From Saccostrea cucullata (lineage: Eukaryota): a DNA stretch of 64,000 nt. Below the pieces are notes generated by a model. It was not told where the DNA came from and ran no database searches. It saw nothing but the letters and a program-made list of their open reading frames with translations. The position numbers and the translations under genes were made by a program. Below, piece by piece: positions 42,855 to 54,573 of this stretch. The stretch covers positions 62,001 to 126,000 of the forward strand of contig NW_026925650.1 of assembly GCF_032062105.1 (NCBI RefSeq). The letters are read 5' to 3'. Positions within the stretch are counted from its first letter, which is position 1; every line of letters begins with the position of its first letter.

Positions 42855-44400
42855 TAAGAGCTCAGTTCTCATCAAACAGAAGTTATTACTTGCATTCTTG
42901 AAGGACTGATTTGGTTATAAGTAAAGCATCCAGAGGAATCTTTGATTGACGAGAGATTTTTTTTCAATTGCAAACTACTCCACTCTGCTTTTTAGAAAAA
43001 ATATAAATGCATTACATTGTAACGCTTGAGGACATGTCTAATTTAAACATATTTGATCAATTTGATAATGAGGCTTAATAGTGAAAATAAGTATGATGTT
43101 TTGTGTTTGACTTATGAGTGTTCATTTTAACACTGAAACAATTAAAGAGCCGAATAACTTGTAGAAAAATGAAGAGGGCTTTTCATTACTGCTAAGCAGC
43201 ACTTGGTTAATGAGATGAACTCACAATAAGAGCAAACTTAACACCTGTCATTACCGTAAAGTACTCTGACTGTTACACTTGATCGGTTGTAAGTGACTCT
43301 CTTAAGTCTTATATAGTATAGAGGCATGTTATTCGTGAGCATTTCTTAAGTATTTGCATAATATATAGCAGGCGTTTTTGCAGCGTTGTTCGAAGGGACG
43401 TAATTTGAGTTATCGAACTTTGTTCCAAACTTGCTTTATGCAAATTTCCAATCCTAAAATAATGGCAAGTGAGAATTGTATATGGCAGATGTATTTAAAG
43501 TGTGGATGGTGGAGAATGTTCAAACAAAATCAACTTTGTAAAATTAGTCTTTCAGAGTTTGATGATAAATATGATTAAATATCCATATTTTTCAGAGTTT
43601 GGAGATAATTATGATTAAATATCCACACTTTTGAAAAAATAAGTTTTCAAAAACAGACTGGGTGGGAATTTTTGTTTTTAATTCACATTTTCTTGATATA
43701 TGATTGTTTTCTTTCTTAGGGTTCTTAATTGGTAGGCACAAAATATCCAGAACAAATTAACACTCCCCCATGACAAATGAGTATATTTTTTGTTTACAGG
43801 GAATTAATACTGCTTATTTTAAACATAATTTAATTGCACTGTATGGCACTGCAATGTCGACCAAATACAATTTTAAAGACTTAATCCAATTTTATTATAC
43901 ATGAGTTTATGAGGAAAAATTAATTAATTGATAACCTTAATTAACAATTACAATGTAATATGCATGTCAAAGGACTTTTCGACAAAGTTACATATTGCTG
44001 ATTATTTTTGGACGACTAGTTTGGGTATATGAAAGACTGAAAATTACAGAAATCTGGTGTTTGACTGATGAGTGAAATTTTTGAGATTGCTCAAGATAAG
44101 CAACAGGAAGAATAAAGGGACTTTATTTTAATAACAGTACTTAGAGATCAGTTTACACCAAACAACAGTTATTTTTCTGAATTTTTTATATTAAAGGGGT
44201 TATTTGGTCATCCATTAAATATGCATGTCAATGGACTCTTCGACAAAGTTACGTAATGCTGATTTTAGTTTCGGTATATAAAAGAATGAAAATAAAGAAA
44301 TCTTATGTTTGATAAGTGAAGATTTGGGGAGTGATGCAGATAAGCAGTAGGAAGAATAAATGGAATGTATTCTGTTAACGGAACATAAATATCCACACCT
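42855..44400 (+). repeat. Duplicated block, copy 2 (matches 28735-29420, 30265-30450, 34400-34730)
   Basis: Colinear shared strings seen by eye. Confidence 0.75.
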
Positions 44401-44539
44401 CTATAATTTTGTGCATTGAAAAGAAAAAAAGTTTTCAAAAACAGAAGTCTCTACATGAGTGAAAAACTCTCGAATGGGACTTAAAACAACATTCAATCAA
44501 CAATCCATAACAGACTGGATGGGATTTTTAGGACACCTG

Positions 44540-44740
44540 GGTCCGCCGTCATAAAACATACTTAAGTCTGAGAATGCTCTCAAGTCTGAGAATTTTCTCA
44601 AATCCAAAATTCTCAGACTCAGTGTTGAGAAAAATAAAAAGTCCTTCAACTCTTTTATTTTAAAATTCTCAGCTGAGTAATTCTCAAAAGTTGAGTTGAG
44701 AATTTTTTTGAGAATTTCCAAAGTTTTATGACGGCGGACC
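44540..44740. mobile_element. 201-bp PIF/Harbinger-type MITE
   Basis: CTG|GGTCCGCCGTCATAAAAC ... GTTTTATGACGGCGGACC|CTG; 3-bp CWG TSD; internal tgagaa/ttctca repeats. Confidence 0.88.
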
Positions 44741-47700
44741 CTGAACTGAAAATGTATTGATTCTATGAAAATCTTCTCGTCTGCTCCTGGTTATTAATCA
44801 AATTAACTACATACATGTAAATACATTCAATTATGATAACTGAATAAATAATGATTTTATATAATGAATTTAAAAAAATTATTTTTTCTTTGAAAAAATA
44901 TATTTTAGAGTTTCTTGAGGGGATGTGATTGCCTTCATTCGCATTGTAATCTACGAAAGAGAATTCCAGAGGGACGTGAGGTTTACTGTGATCTCTAGCA
45001 TACATGTAGTCTTGCTAGTGTAAGGATACCACTGCATGGCAACCGTTATCATAGTAACCTTGTTGACAGAACGTATCAGCGGATCATTGGCATTTCATTG
45101 GTCACCTGTTTTGACTTGAAGTCGACATAAACATCACAATTACCGGTAAACCATGTAAGCAATTGGATTTCCAATTTACACTTACAGAATTGTTTTCTTT
45201 TTTAAATTTTGAATGTCCACGAAACCTTTTCATTGTAACATATAACTTATTTTACTTCAATTTTAATTCAAAATGCAAAATTTGCTATGTCGGTTGCAGA
45301 GTCATAACCCATTGTTTCCAGCAGGAAAAAAACGAAAATTATATCGTACATGTATATCATTTTTATTTGAATATTACTAACATAGGTGAACTTAATTTGA
45401 CATTTGACAATTTTTTTTATTTTTGGACACGTAGATCCAATTTTTACTTTTAACTACACAAATCTTAATTTTAATTTTGAAAAATTCGCTGGTGAACTGG
45501 ATATACATGTACATTAAAATTTATTGAAAGGAAACAAATTGAGGGGCGTTTTTGGTTTTGTTTGTTTTTTAAACGTGTGTACGAATCTTTTTTGTGCTAT
45601 AATAATATTCTTTACATATTTAATCAAACAATGTTGAAATAGAGCTAGATGAATACCACTGTGAAAACTAAAAAAAAAGTCAATATTCATTATTTTAAAA
45701 TTAAATTTTGATAAAAATTTGATGTCATAGTTTGGAATCTTTTCTGTCTAAATATTTAATATTATTCCTATGATTTGCAAATAAATATCGAAAACAATTT
45801 TAAAAGTGTATTTGGAGTAATTGAGGTATGTTTTAATTTAAACAATATTTATTCACTGATGTTATTGTGAATAGAATTGGGTAGCAGGCGCAGCCTATTT
45901 TAGCCCTCTCCCTACATGTTATATGTTTTAATGACTGGAAGGTAGGGATTTGTGGAATAAGGGACTTTTAGGCTTATAAAGTAAGTTTTTTCGGAGTTAT
46001 TGAGGTTTGTTTTAATGACTGGGAGGTAGGGTTTTGTGGAATAAGGGACTGCTAGGCTTATCTCTTTATCAGGCTGTGGTTAAGGCTGACACCGAAACAT
46101 TCCCTCCAGTAATGGAAAGTTTTCCCAAACTCCATCACCCCGTACCGCTAATGGCCGCGAGATGGCGAGGCATGACGTCACGGATTCATAATGAGACTGT
46201 TTGTATAACAAGCCCATGCTCCGAATATTTCTACGACATGATGCCAATACGAGGTGAAATTTTAGCACTTTTTTATTTTATACCATATACTTTTTCCATG
46301 TTTTTTTTTCTAAATAAAAAAAATAGACATTTTCCACCAAAGATCATCTTCGCAATGCCAGGGGTCCTGAATCAAGACATTGCCGTGGTGACAAGATTTA
46401 AATATAAATTTTAGATAACCATTTCATGTATTTGTATAGATTACAGATTTAGCAGTACTAGTCAAATCAGGGACTCTATATGACAGTAGATAAGTCGCTG
46501 GTGAAAATGAAATATTTCTTTAATTAAATTTCAATCATATTATAAAAATAGTTAAGAATTGTATTTTTTACGTAAAATTATAGTTCAATGAAGTTTAATG
46601 ATATATTCGCCATTTGACAGACCCTAATTACGTACCTATTTTACAGGAAGGGTTTTTGAACACTTAGTGGTTTCAAAATATTAAAAGTTCTTTAAAACAC
46701 ATATTTCAAAAAAATCATTTTCATGTTAAATTTGATCGTGGAAAATGTTAAAAAGATGAATATATACATGTTTTTTTGTTTTGTTTTGTGTTTTTTTTTA
46801 TTTTTAAACTTTTATATGCAATGCTATTTTGTCTCTTGTCTCCTCCACTTCTGACCTTTTTTTATTTTTTCTAAATTTTAGTACAAACTAAAAAGTATTT
46901 CTGACCAAAAGTGAGAGATGAGGGTCATATAATTAATGTTACAAACAAATAGAAGAAAAGTTGTTCAGTTTTGTTTTTATAAAAGCTTTCAACTACTCTA
47001 AAATATACTTTGTGACAATTCTCTTCTTCCAGTATTGTTTTTCTTTTCTTTTCTTTTTTTTTAAGAAGAAACTCATAAAATTAATTTTGCAAGATCTTAT
47101 GATAAGCTCTTTTTTTTAAAACAAATCTCAGGACTGGTGTGTAGCTTATTAAACAGTAAAATTTAACGTAAAGTGTAAGCCATGTCCCCCTTTTGCGAGG
47201 GATGTTGTATACATGTATTACAAATGCACTTCTTATGGAAAAAATACCACTTTCCTTTGACCAATGCCATTGCTGTCAAAATACTCTTCATTAATTCAAT
47301 CTGAAGAATTTCGTACTTTATCATTGTAAGTCCATGCAAAAGATTGGATTGCTCATCAAAGATTATATAATGTCTTTCTTTCTTGAAATAATTTATTGAA
47401 GAAAAAATTAAAACAAACTAAAAAGAACACAGGAAATCTCGAGCGAAAATTCTGAAACTTTGCAGATTCAAATAACTTTCAAGTGAACGTTTTACAACTA
47501 ATTCTGGTTATGAACTGAATGATTTTATATGAGGTAAAACAACCAATTTACCATAAAAAAGTTTATCAATAAATTAATATATTATGACTAATATGTGACA
47601 TAACTGGTCTTACCCACCACTAAGTTGATAAAATTTAATGTGATTCAAATATTAATATTTTATTGGTAGACGCTTAAGGGGAACGATCCTTGTAATTTCA

Positions 47701-47986
47701 ATTCATACTGTGCGCTCAGATTATAAAATAAAAAGATAAACTTGGAACTTCACGGACAATGTAAGCAAAACATTCTTATTTGCAACAAAATTTTTTTTTT
47801 CAATTTAAAAATAAGCACAAAAAGCCTTAAAATGCAAGTAAATAACAAATGTAATCAAGCCACGATTCTCATAATATAAAAAAGACAAAGAGTCATGACG
47901 CAATATCACAATGTACAATGTTACAAATGACATCATATCGTTTGATATCGTTTGATATGTAAATGACGACATCAGAGGTCACGTGA

Positions 47987-49704
47987 CTATCCACAAAGCT
48001 GACTGAGCCGGGCTGCTTGACCCATGAGGGTCATGATGTCGGAAGTGGCCGAGTTCAGAGTCGTATTCAGGCTGGACATCTTTGTGTTCATGTCCGTTTT
48101 AATGGCGTCCACGTACTGCTTGGCCGACTTCCCGTTTGTGGTGAAGTTTCCTTTTAGAGCATGGACATCCTGTTCTAACTGTAGAAGTTCTCCAGCTTGT
48201 GTTGTAATCTTAAGTCAACAACAACAACAAATATGAAAGATTACAGGCAATCGGAAATATTTTGCATAAATTTTGCAATATTTATTGTTACTGACTTTTG
48301 AAATTTTTATTTTTTATCGAAAATGTATATTTGGTAAAATTTCAATAAAATATAGATGCAAACAATTTCAATGCAATAAAGGGCCATATCTGCATCTTTT
48401 TATGCATTTATGAAATTTGCTACAGATTTACGAATGAATAAAGTTAAATCACTTACCGTGGTGTTGAGATTCTGCAAATCCTTTTCGACTTTGAGGGCGT
48501 CTGGAATGAGTTTGGATATATCTCTCTTGTTCTTGAAAATCTGCATCTTGTCCTTGATAATGTTACCTCCCAGCTGCTGAAGGTTAGCGATCACCGTAGA
48601 CACGTTCTTGCTGGTCTCCAGTATCTCCTGTTGAAGTATGGTCATTTTTGGCGTGACGTCCTTCTGGAATTGGGTGAGGTTATTAATGGCGTCCTTGACC
48701 TCCTGCTCTGTGACCTTTAGCCTGGAGAACGCCGCCTGTGACGAGGTTTTGGCTTTGGCGATTTCTTGCGTCTGGTTGGTTACTTCTGTCTTGATTTGGT
48801 CTGCTTTGTTGGTCAGGTCTGTGATCTGTTTAGAGTGAGACTGTTCTACTTGTTTTACCTCTGATTCGAGTTTCTGGAGTTGAGACTTGAGTTGGTTCAG
48901 AAGAGCCGTGGGCGCTGTTGGCGCCGGTCCAGTGGTAGCTGCAGCGCCACTTGTGGTGCGCGTGCCTTGGGTGGTTGTTGTGGTCGCCGGTGGCATTGTG
49001 GCGGCAGGCGTAGATCCCGATTGTAAATTCTTCAGCATATTCTCAAGAGTTATAAGCTTCAGCTCAGCAGCTGCTATTTTAGTCGTCTGGTCGTTGATCT
49101 GTTTATTTAAAGCCGTCTGAATCTTCATTTCTTCAACAGCACTCTTTTGCAATTGCATAGTAACGTTGAAAATTTTACCGTTAATGTCACTGATGGCTTT
49201 CGTAAGTAAATCTTTGGTATCGTGTAACATCTGATTCAGCACTGCAGAATTTCCGGATGATCCTCCGCTTCCAGTGGATGCAGTGGCCGCCAACTGCTTT
49301 AATTTTTGGACTTCGTTGGTCAAGTCATTCAATTTGCTCATATAACTAGCGCCATCACTCTGAATACGGGCTAGCGTGCTCTGAATAATGCTGTTCTGAG
49401 ACACATATTGGAACTTTGTTTTATCGAGATCCTGTTTCACTTGGTCCACTTTCTTATCCAAAGCAGAGGAAGTTCCAGCACAAGCGCCTTTTGGATCTGC
49501 CACATGGAATTGGTAAGTACATGTTCCACTGTTTTGAGTGTTGCCACTGTTAGGAGCGGGCTGTGGCGGTTTTGTCGTCGTTACTTTGGCTTTCTGGGTG
49601 GTTGTTGTTTTTAAGCTCAATTTCGTCGGCAAGGGTTTGATTGGAATAAACTGAGCGGAACAAGCCGCCAGTGCCACCAAAAATATCGTGAGTTTTCCGT
49701 ACAT
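47987..49704 (-). CDS. Secreted long coiled-coil glycoprotein A (489 aa), angiopoietin-like Cys N-terminal motif, no C-terminal globular domain
   Basis: Exons (minus) 49704-48457 and 48208-47987 (phase 0). Signal peptide MYGKLTIFLVALAACSA, T/P/K-rich linker, CTYQFHVADPKGAC, heptad-rich body with a T/P/A hinge, several N-glycan sequons, ends LSQLCG. Confidence 0.88.
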
Positions 49705-49771
49705 TATTGAGTCTGAATTAGCCGTTCCGATGCAGACGACGTTTATTAAAGTGGTCAGGTAGTCTCGGATC

Positions 49772-49778
49772 TTTATAA
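49772..49778 (-). promoter_or_regulatory. TATA-like box upstream of coiled-coil gene A
   Basis: Minus-strand CTTATAA(AG) about 70 bp upstream of the ATG, with a GC box (ggggcggg) just upstream. Confidence 0.4.
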
Positions 49779-52700
49779 GTTTAGGGGCGGGAGAGTTGTG
49801 GGGCTTATCTTGTTTGCATAAACAATTGGCGAATGATTGGCGGATATGAGAGCTGAAGGCAAACTGAACAAACAGGCTTCTAACAGCTTCATGTTTCTCA
49901 GGAAAAAGACATCCTGGTAATCTAAGAGACTGAAAAAAATGACTGATGTTGACCAGTTGTCCGAGTTAAACTTATACAAAGCCATCGGTAGTGGTTGGGG
50001 GCTGGTTTTGTCGCTAAAACATGAAACTTGCACCCTGTGCTCTGTATCGGCACTTTGCGTCAGAATTACCAAATAAATGGCGATTCCAGACTGCAGAGAG
50101 CGGCTCCACATACAACCAAATTAAATTTACTTTAGATTCTTTCGCGAACTATAAACTTGTTCCAATTTTCTAGACGTGTAATATCTAGGTGTAGCATCAT
50201 TTGGCTATGTATCTATAATCTAACAGGTTTTTTTACCCGTTCTAGGGGAAAAGTGTTGTCATTTTAGTCCAAACGTATATAAACTTTTCCTTGGTTGTCC
50301 TGATTATCTACCAATTAAATGGGGGTCATGGCGAATTGCTGCGTGTTTTACGGGGATTGGAATGAACACAATTTAGATTTCATGTAAGTTAGTGCTATAT
50401 TTCCCCTCATGTTTTGGCCATGAGGTATAAACTAGGTTTTGATTTGAAAAGCTGCTTATCTTAGTCATACACGCCTCTTTAATTTGATAACGAGAAAAAT
50501 ATAAACATTTATAGTAATTGTAAAGAAATCAGAGAGATTTTCAGTTTATGTTATTTTTTTCCTTTTGCACTGCTTGCATTTTGCCCTGAAAATTAAAAAC
50601 TTCTCTTTGAAAAAAGGGGGACTTAAAATGATGCAAAAATCTATATACATGTATAAATAAGTCAAGCCTAAGTAACAAAACAAAAATATACTTTTTTCTT
50701 TGCAAATCTCAGACTTATTTTAAGTCTATGAATGTGTTTGCAAAACCAATTCAGTGTAAACAAATCTTGACCAAAAAAATCCTATTCCTCCAAGTATCTA
50801 AGTTGTAGGACATTAAAAAAAATCTTATTTTTAATACATTAGCTTATTGTAAAAAATATTGAACAAAAATAAATGTAACTACTTAGTATATTAATTCAGC
50901 GAAGAATTAAAGAGTTTTCATCTTAATCGTAAAATGTTTTGTAAAAAGGGTCAAAAGAGATACATGAATATCCATGATTTAGGAATATATCGCATTTATG
51001 AAAAGAAACTAGAGATACTGCTCACTAAATGATACCCCCGCCTTGCATATGGTTAAAATGTTAAAATGTTTTGCTCAGGGAGAAGTCAACGTTTATCATA
51101 CATGTAATGTTTTATGTTAGGTTACCACTAATATCTTTTATCTACTTAAAATATCAAATTAATGAAAATATATAATAGATTGTCAGACTTTCGTATTTTT
51201 TTTTATTTGAGGTGAAAGGGAAATATCAAATCAAATTTTAAAAAGTTCTCTGAAGAAGCTATTACAATTAAAGTGCAATTAATATTTAGCGATATTTAAT
51301 TTTAGCGAACTTGGCACCATCGCTAATAATGCCAAAATTAAATCCTCGCTAAAAATTCTACTTATATTGTTAATGTCGATATATGTTTATCTAAATGTCC
51401 AATTCAAGGCCAGCAGACTTTTCTTTTTCTAGAAGTATTTGAAAAAAAATATGCTTCATGTGAATACAGAAATAGATCAGCGCAATAAGCACCCATGAAA
51501 ATTCCGGCAGATTTTTGGAAAAAATTTTCTGGAGTAAAAAAAATGCGTTCTCTGTGCTTATGAAGGTGTAATATAATCAATTATCAGTCAATCATTACAA
51601 AGTCTGAAACTAATCACAGAAAGTCGCATACATGTATTTTAACAAGACATATTTTTAAAAAATAGTAGTTGAATTTAAATTCATTAAAAGTGTAGTAAAA
51701 AATGGGTATCCAAACGGAGAGAAAGGAGTGTAATTTAAAAGAAAAAATAAATTTACCCTTTTTTCGTTTCTAAGAGATACAATTTATCTACAATGACTAG
51801 TTCTATCATCAATGAAGTTTTAAACATTTGTTTGTGTACCAGGATTGTTCTTTCAGTCGAAGATGAGTAAAAGTTTGAATGAAATGTTGTGAAACATAAG
51901 ACAATAAACATCGGCATTTCCTTAATTAACGCGCACTCATCCTTTGTAAAAGACGAGGGCACACCTTTACCAAGGCATGGGTTATTCTAGATCTTCTCTT
52001 CTTAGTAGGGATACCTTGATGACAAATTCAACCAATTTAGACAATCGTTATAGGGAAGTTAAAGAAAATGTACTGTAATCACAAGAAATTACCAGTATTT
52101 CTCTGATTCAATAAAATTCCAGTTGAATCACAAATTAATAAATTAAATAAATGAAACGATATCAAAATATTGCGCGTTCGATTACATTAAAAGCAAAATA
52201 TGTTTTGAATTAAATATTTAAAACTATGTATTAGTCTAAAACAAATAATATTAATTATCAAACGAAATCGTGTCAAAAATTTCGAATTCGATAACATTTA
52301 ATTAGAACTTTAATTTTTTCAAACAAATCAATGCTTCATTTTGCAGAAGATAACTTAATAAAAATTCAAACAAAAGCAAGCCAGTTTTTAACATGCTCAA
52401 ACTTGAAAATTAATGACTGAATGGTTAATAACCTCTTTGCCATGTTCCCGTTTTGCACAAATCTGATACCTCTTTGTATCAAAAGCATCCTGATATTAAT
52501 AATGTAAATTAAAGATATTGAATATTAAATTAATAATTTTTAAAATAAAAATTATTATTCATATATATGAAAATATTTAACAACAAAATTCTTCGAACGA
52601 GTGTAAATTAGCTACGGGTATGAGGAAGTATCTATTGTTGAAAAGGAAGAAATATACACCGATGAGATCATCGTCATGTGAACGTTTGTCAGAACAACAA

Positions 52701-53253
52701 AATTTCAAATTTCGGGATAAATATAGTTTTTAATGGATGGAGGTCGCATAAAATTAGTTGTTTCGTAAGCTGATTTGGTGGGAGTTTGGTTTCACAGCTA
52801 TGTTTGACACTAAACAATGAAAAACAATACGATAAAGTTTCTATTATGTGGGGTACTTAATCGGCGCCGAGAATAAGTCTTTTTGACAAAACACTATTTT
52901 ATTTGGTCATTTCAAACCACGGGTCCCGTGAAATCTTGATTTTACAGTTTCACATAATCCGAAATATTTTCTGTTTATCCCCTTACGATAAGATTAGAGA
53001 GGAGGTTGATGGCTGCAGCCAAACTTTCAATTAGTGTATTCTGTCGACATTCCATTGGAAGCTAGGAACAAAATCATTATGCAACCAATAAGCGATTTTA
53101 GGGGGATTTCAGTCGCAGTTGTTTTCCTCTCATTGGTGATGGTAAAACAAGTTCATTTCCGTCGTCGATAGCAGGCAATCACTCCGCGGCCTAATCTACG
53201 AAGCCTGACGTCGACGCCTCCTATACTCCATCAAATCGCTCACGTTTTTCGGC

Positions 53254-53260
53254 TATAAGA
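53254..53260 (+). promoter_or_regulatory. TATA-like box upstream of coiled-coil gene B
   Basis: TATAAGA about 70 bp upstream of the ATG at 53323. Confidence 0.4.
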
Positions 53261-53322
53261 TACGACTCCGGTTCAGGTGGTGGACAGATTTGATTTAATC
53301 CCTTAAAGAAGTAACTACCAAC

Positions 53323-54573
53323 ATGAAGCCTGTGGCAGTCTATATTTGGTTACTTCTGGGCGTGTCTCGCGCTGTGTGGGGATCCAATTCCTGTAGCTAC
53401 TATTACAATATACCCAAATCTTCGGGGGCAACGTGCGAGTCCCAGGGCGGTGTGGATAGAGACTTAGAGGAAAAAATATGGAAGTTGGAGGGAGGCATTG
53501 AAGGAATCAAAGTTATCGGGAAAGGGAATATGAATTTAGTGACAACGGTTCAAAATACTGCTGGTCAGGTACAATCGAGTCAAAAGATGTCCGACCTGAA
53601 TGCCTTACAGAAGCAGATTGATGGTCTAAAAACTATTTTTAAGTCGCTCCCAACCGGAAATCAACACCCGCGTGCTGCTAAACCAACGCTTCAGAAAGAG
53701 GCTGCAGAATTATCAATGGCGGAATGGAAGTTGATCAATGTTTCCTTGGAATTTAAAGCGAATCAAAGAAGCAGATCTATTGTGATGAGCGGCATAGAGC
53801 AAAAACTACAGGCTCAAGAGAAAAAATTGACAGATTTACTTAACAAGATCGCCATTTTAGAGACCAAGATCATGTCGCACGTGTCTCATCATAGAGGTAA
53901 ACGCGCCGCTACGCCATCTTCTCAAGATGCCGTAATAACCAACATGACCAACCAAGCCATAGATCTGCGGGTTGACGTTCGCTCTATTGGAAAGAATGAG
54001 CAGAAGAAGTTAACAGATTTAACTAAAACGATAGACGGATTGAAGAAACCGGTGACGGACGCCAAAGCGGATCTGAAGAATCTCACCTCCTCTCTCAATG
54101 GAGTGGCAACCAGATTAATGAAGGTGTCTAGCGATGCTAAGAAACTTCAGCAAACCGCGCAGAATGTGTACGGGAACGTCAAACCGAAGCTGGATCAAGT
54201 CCAGAAGGAATATCGCAACCTCTCCGAGCAACTCCGAAATGCCACCATCGATTACAGTACAGCCCTAAACGACCTGGCACAGAAGTCAAACGATGTGAAA
54301 CAAAACACGAAAGACGTTGCAAAACTGAAAGCTGATTATATTAAGTTTACTAATGACTTAAGCTACTTGCATATGAATGTAACGGTCCAGCATAACGATA
54401 TGGTGAAACTGGAGAAAAACCCCATCGTTTTGATCGGAAAGGTGGATTTCGACGTAAAGACCTTCCTTTTGAAGGCTGATAAGTCCCTCGCTCAAGTCAA
54501 CAGAGTTCTACCAGTTCTACAAAAACGTATTAAAATGCTCGGTGGCAAACCAACAACAATCCCCTCTGGTTAA
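53323..54573 (+). CDS. Secreted long coiled-coil glycoprotein B (416 aa, single coding exon), paralog of A, with furin site RGKR
   Basis: Signal peptide MKPVAVYIWLLLGVSRAVWG, CSYYYNIPKSSGATC, heptad repeats, HHRGKR, several N-x-S/T sequons; AATAAA at about 54707. Confidence 0.9.
   Translation: MKPVAVYIWLLLGVSRAVWGSNSCSYYYNIPKSSGATCESQGGVDRDLEEKIWKLEGGIEGIKVIGKGNMNLVTTVQNTAGQVQSSQKMSDLNALQKQIDGLKTIFKSLPTGNQHPRAAKPTLQKEAAELSMAEWKLINVSLEFKANQRSRSIVMSGIEQKLQAQEKKLTDLLNKIAILETKIMSHVSHHRGKRAATPSSQDAVITNMTNQAIDLRVDVRSIGKNEQKKLTDLTKTIDGLKKPVTDAKADLKNLTSSLNGVATRLMKVSSDAKKLQQTAQNVYGNVKPKLDQVQKEYRNLSEQLRNATIDYSTALNDLAQKSNDVKQNTKDVAKLKADYIKFTNDLSYLHMNVTVQHNDMVKLEKNPIVLIGKVDFDVKTFLLKADKSLAQVNRVLPVLQKRIKMLGGKPTTIPSG

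Noticed and set aside
46034-46414. 126-aa ORF
   Set aside because: Non-ATG start inside a 74-bp tandem duplication, low-complexity tail and no domain signal.
48400-48456. ORF-track C-terminus VSDLTLFIRKSVANFINA of coiled-coil A
   Set aside because: Read-through into an intron; the spliced exon 48208-47987 continues the gapless alignment with paralog B.
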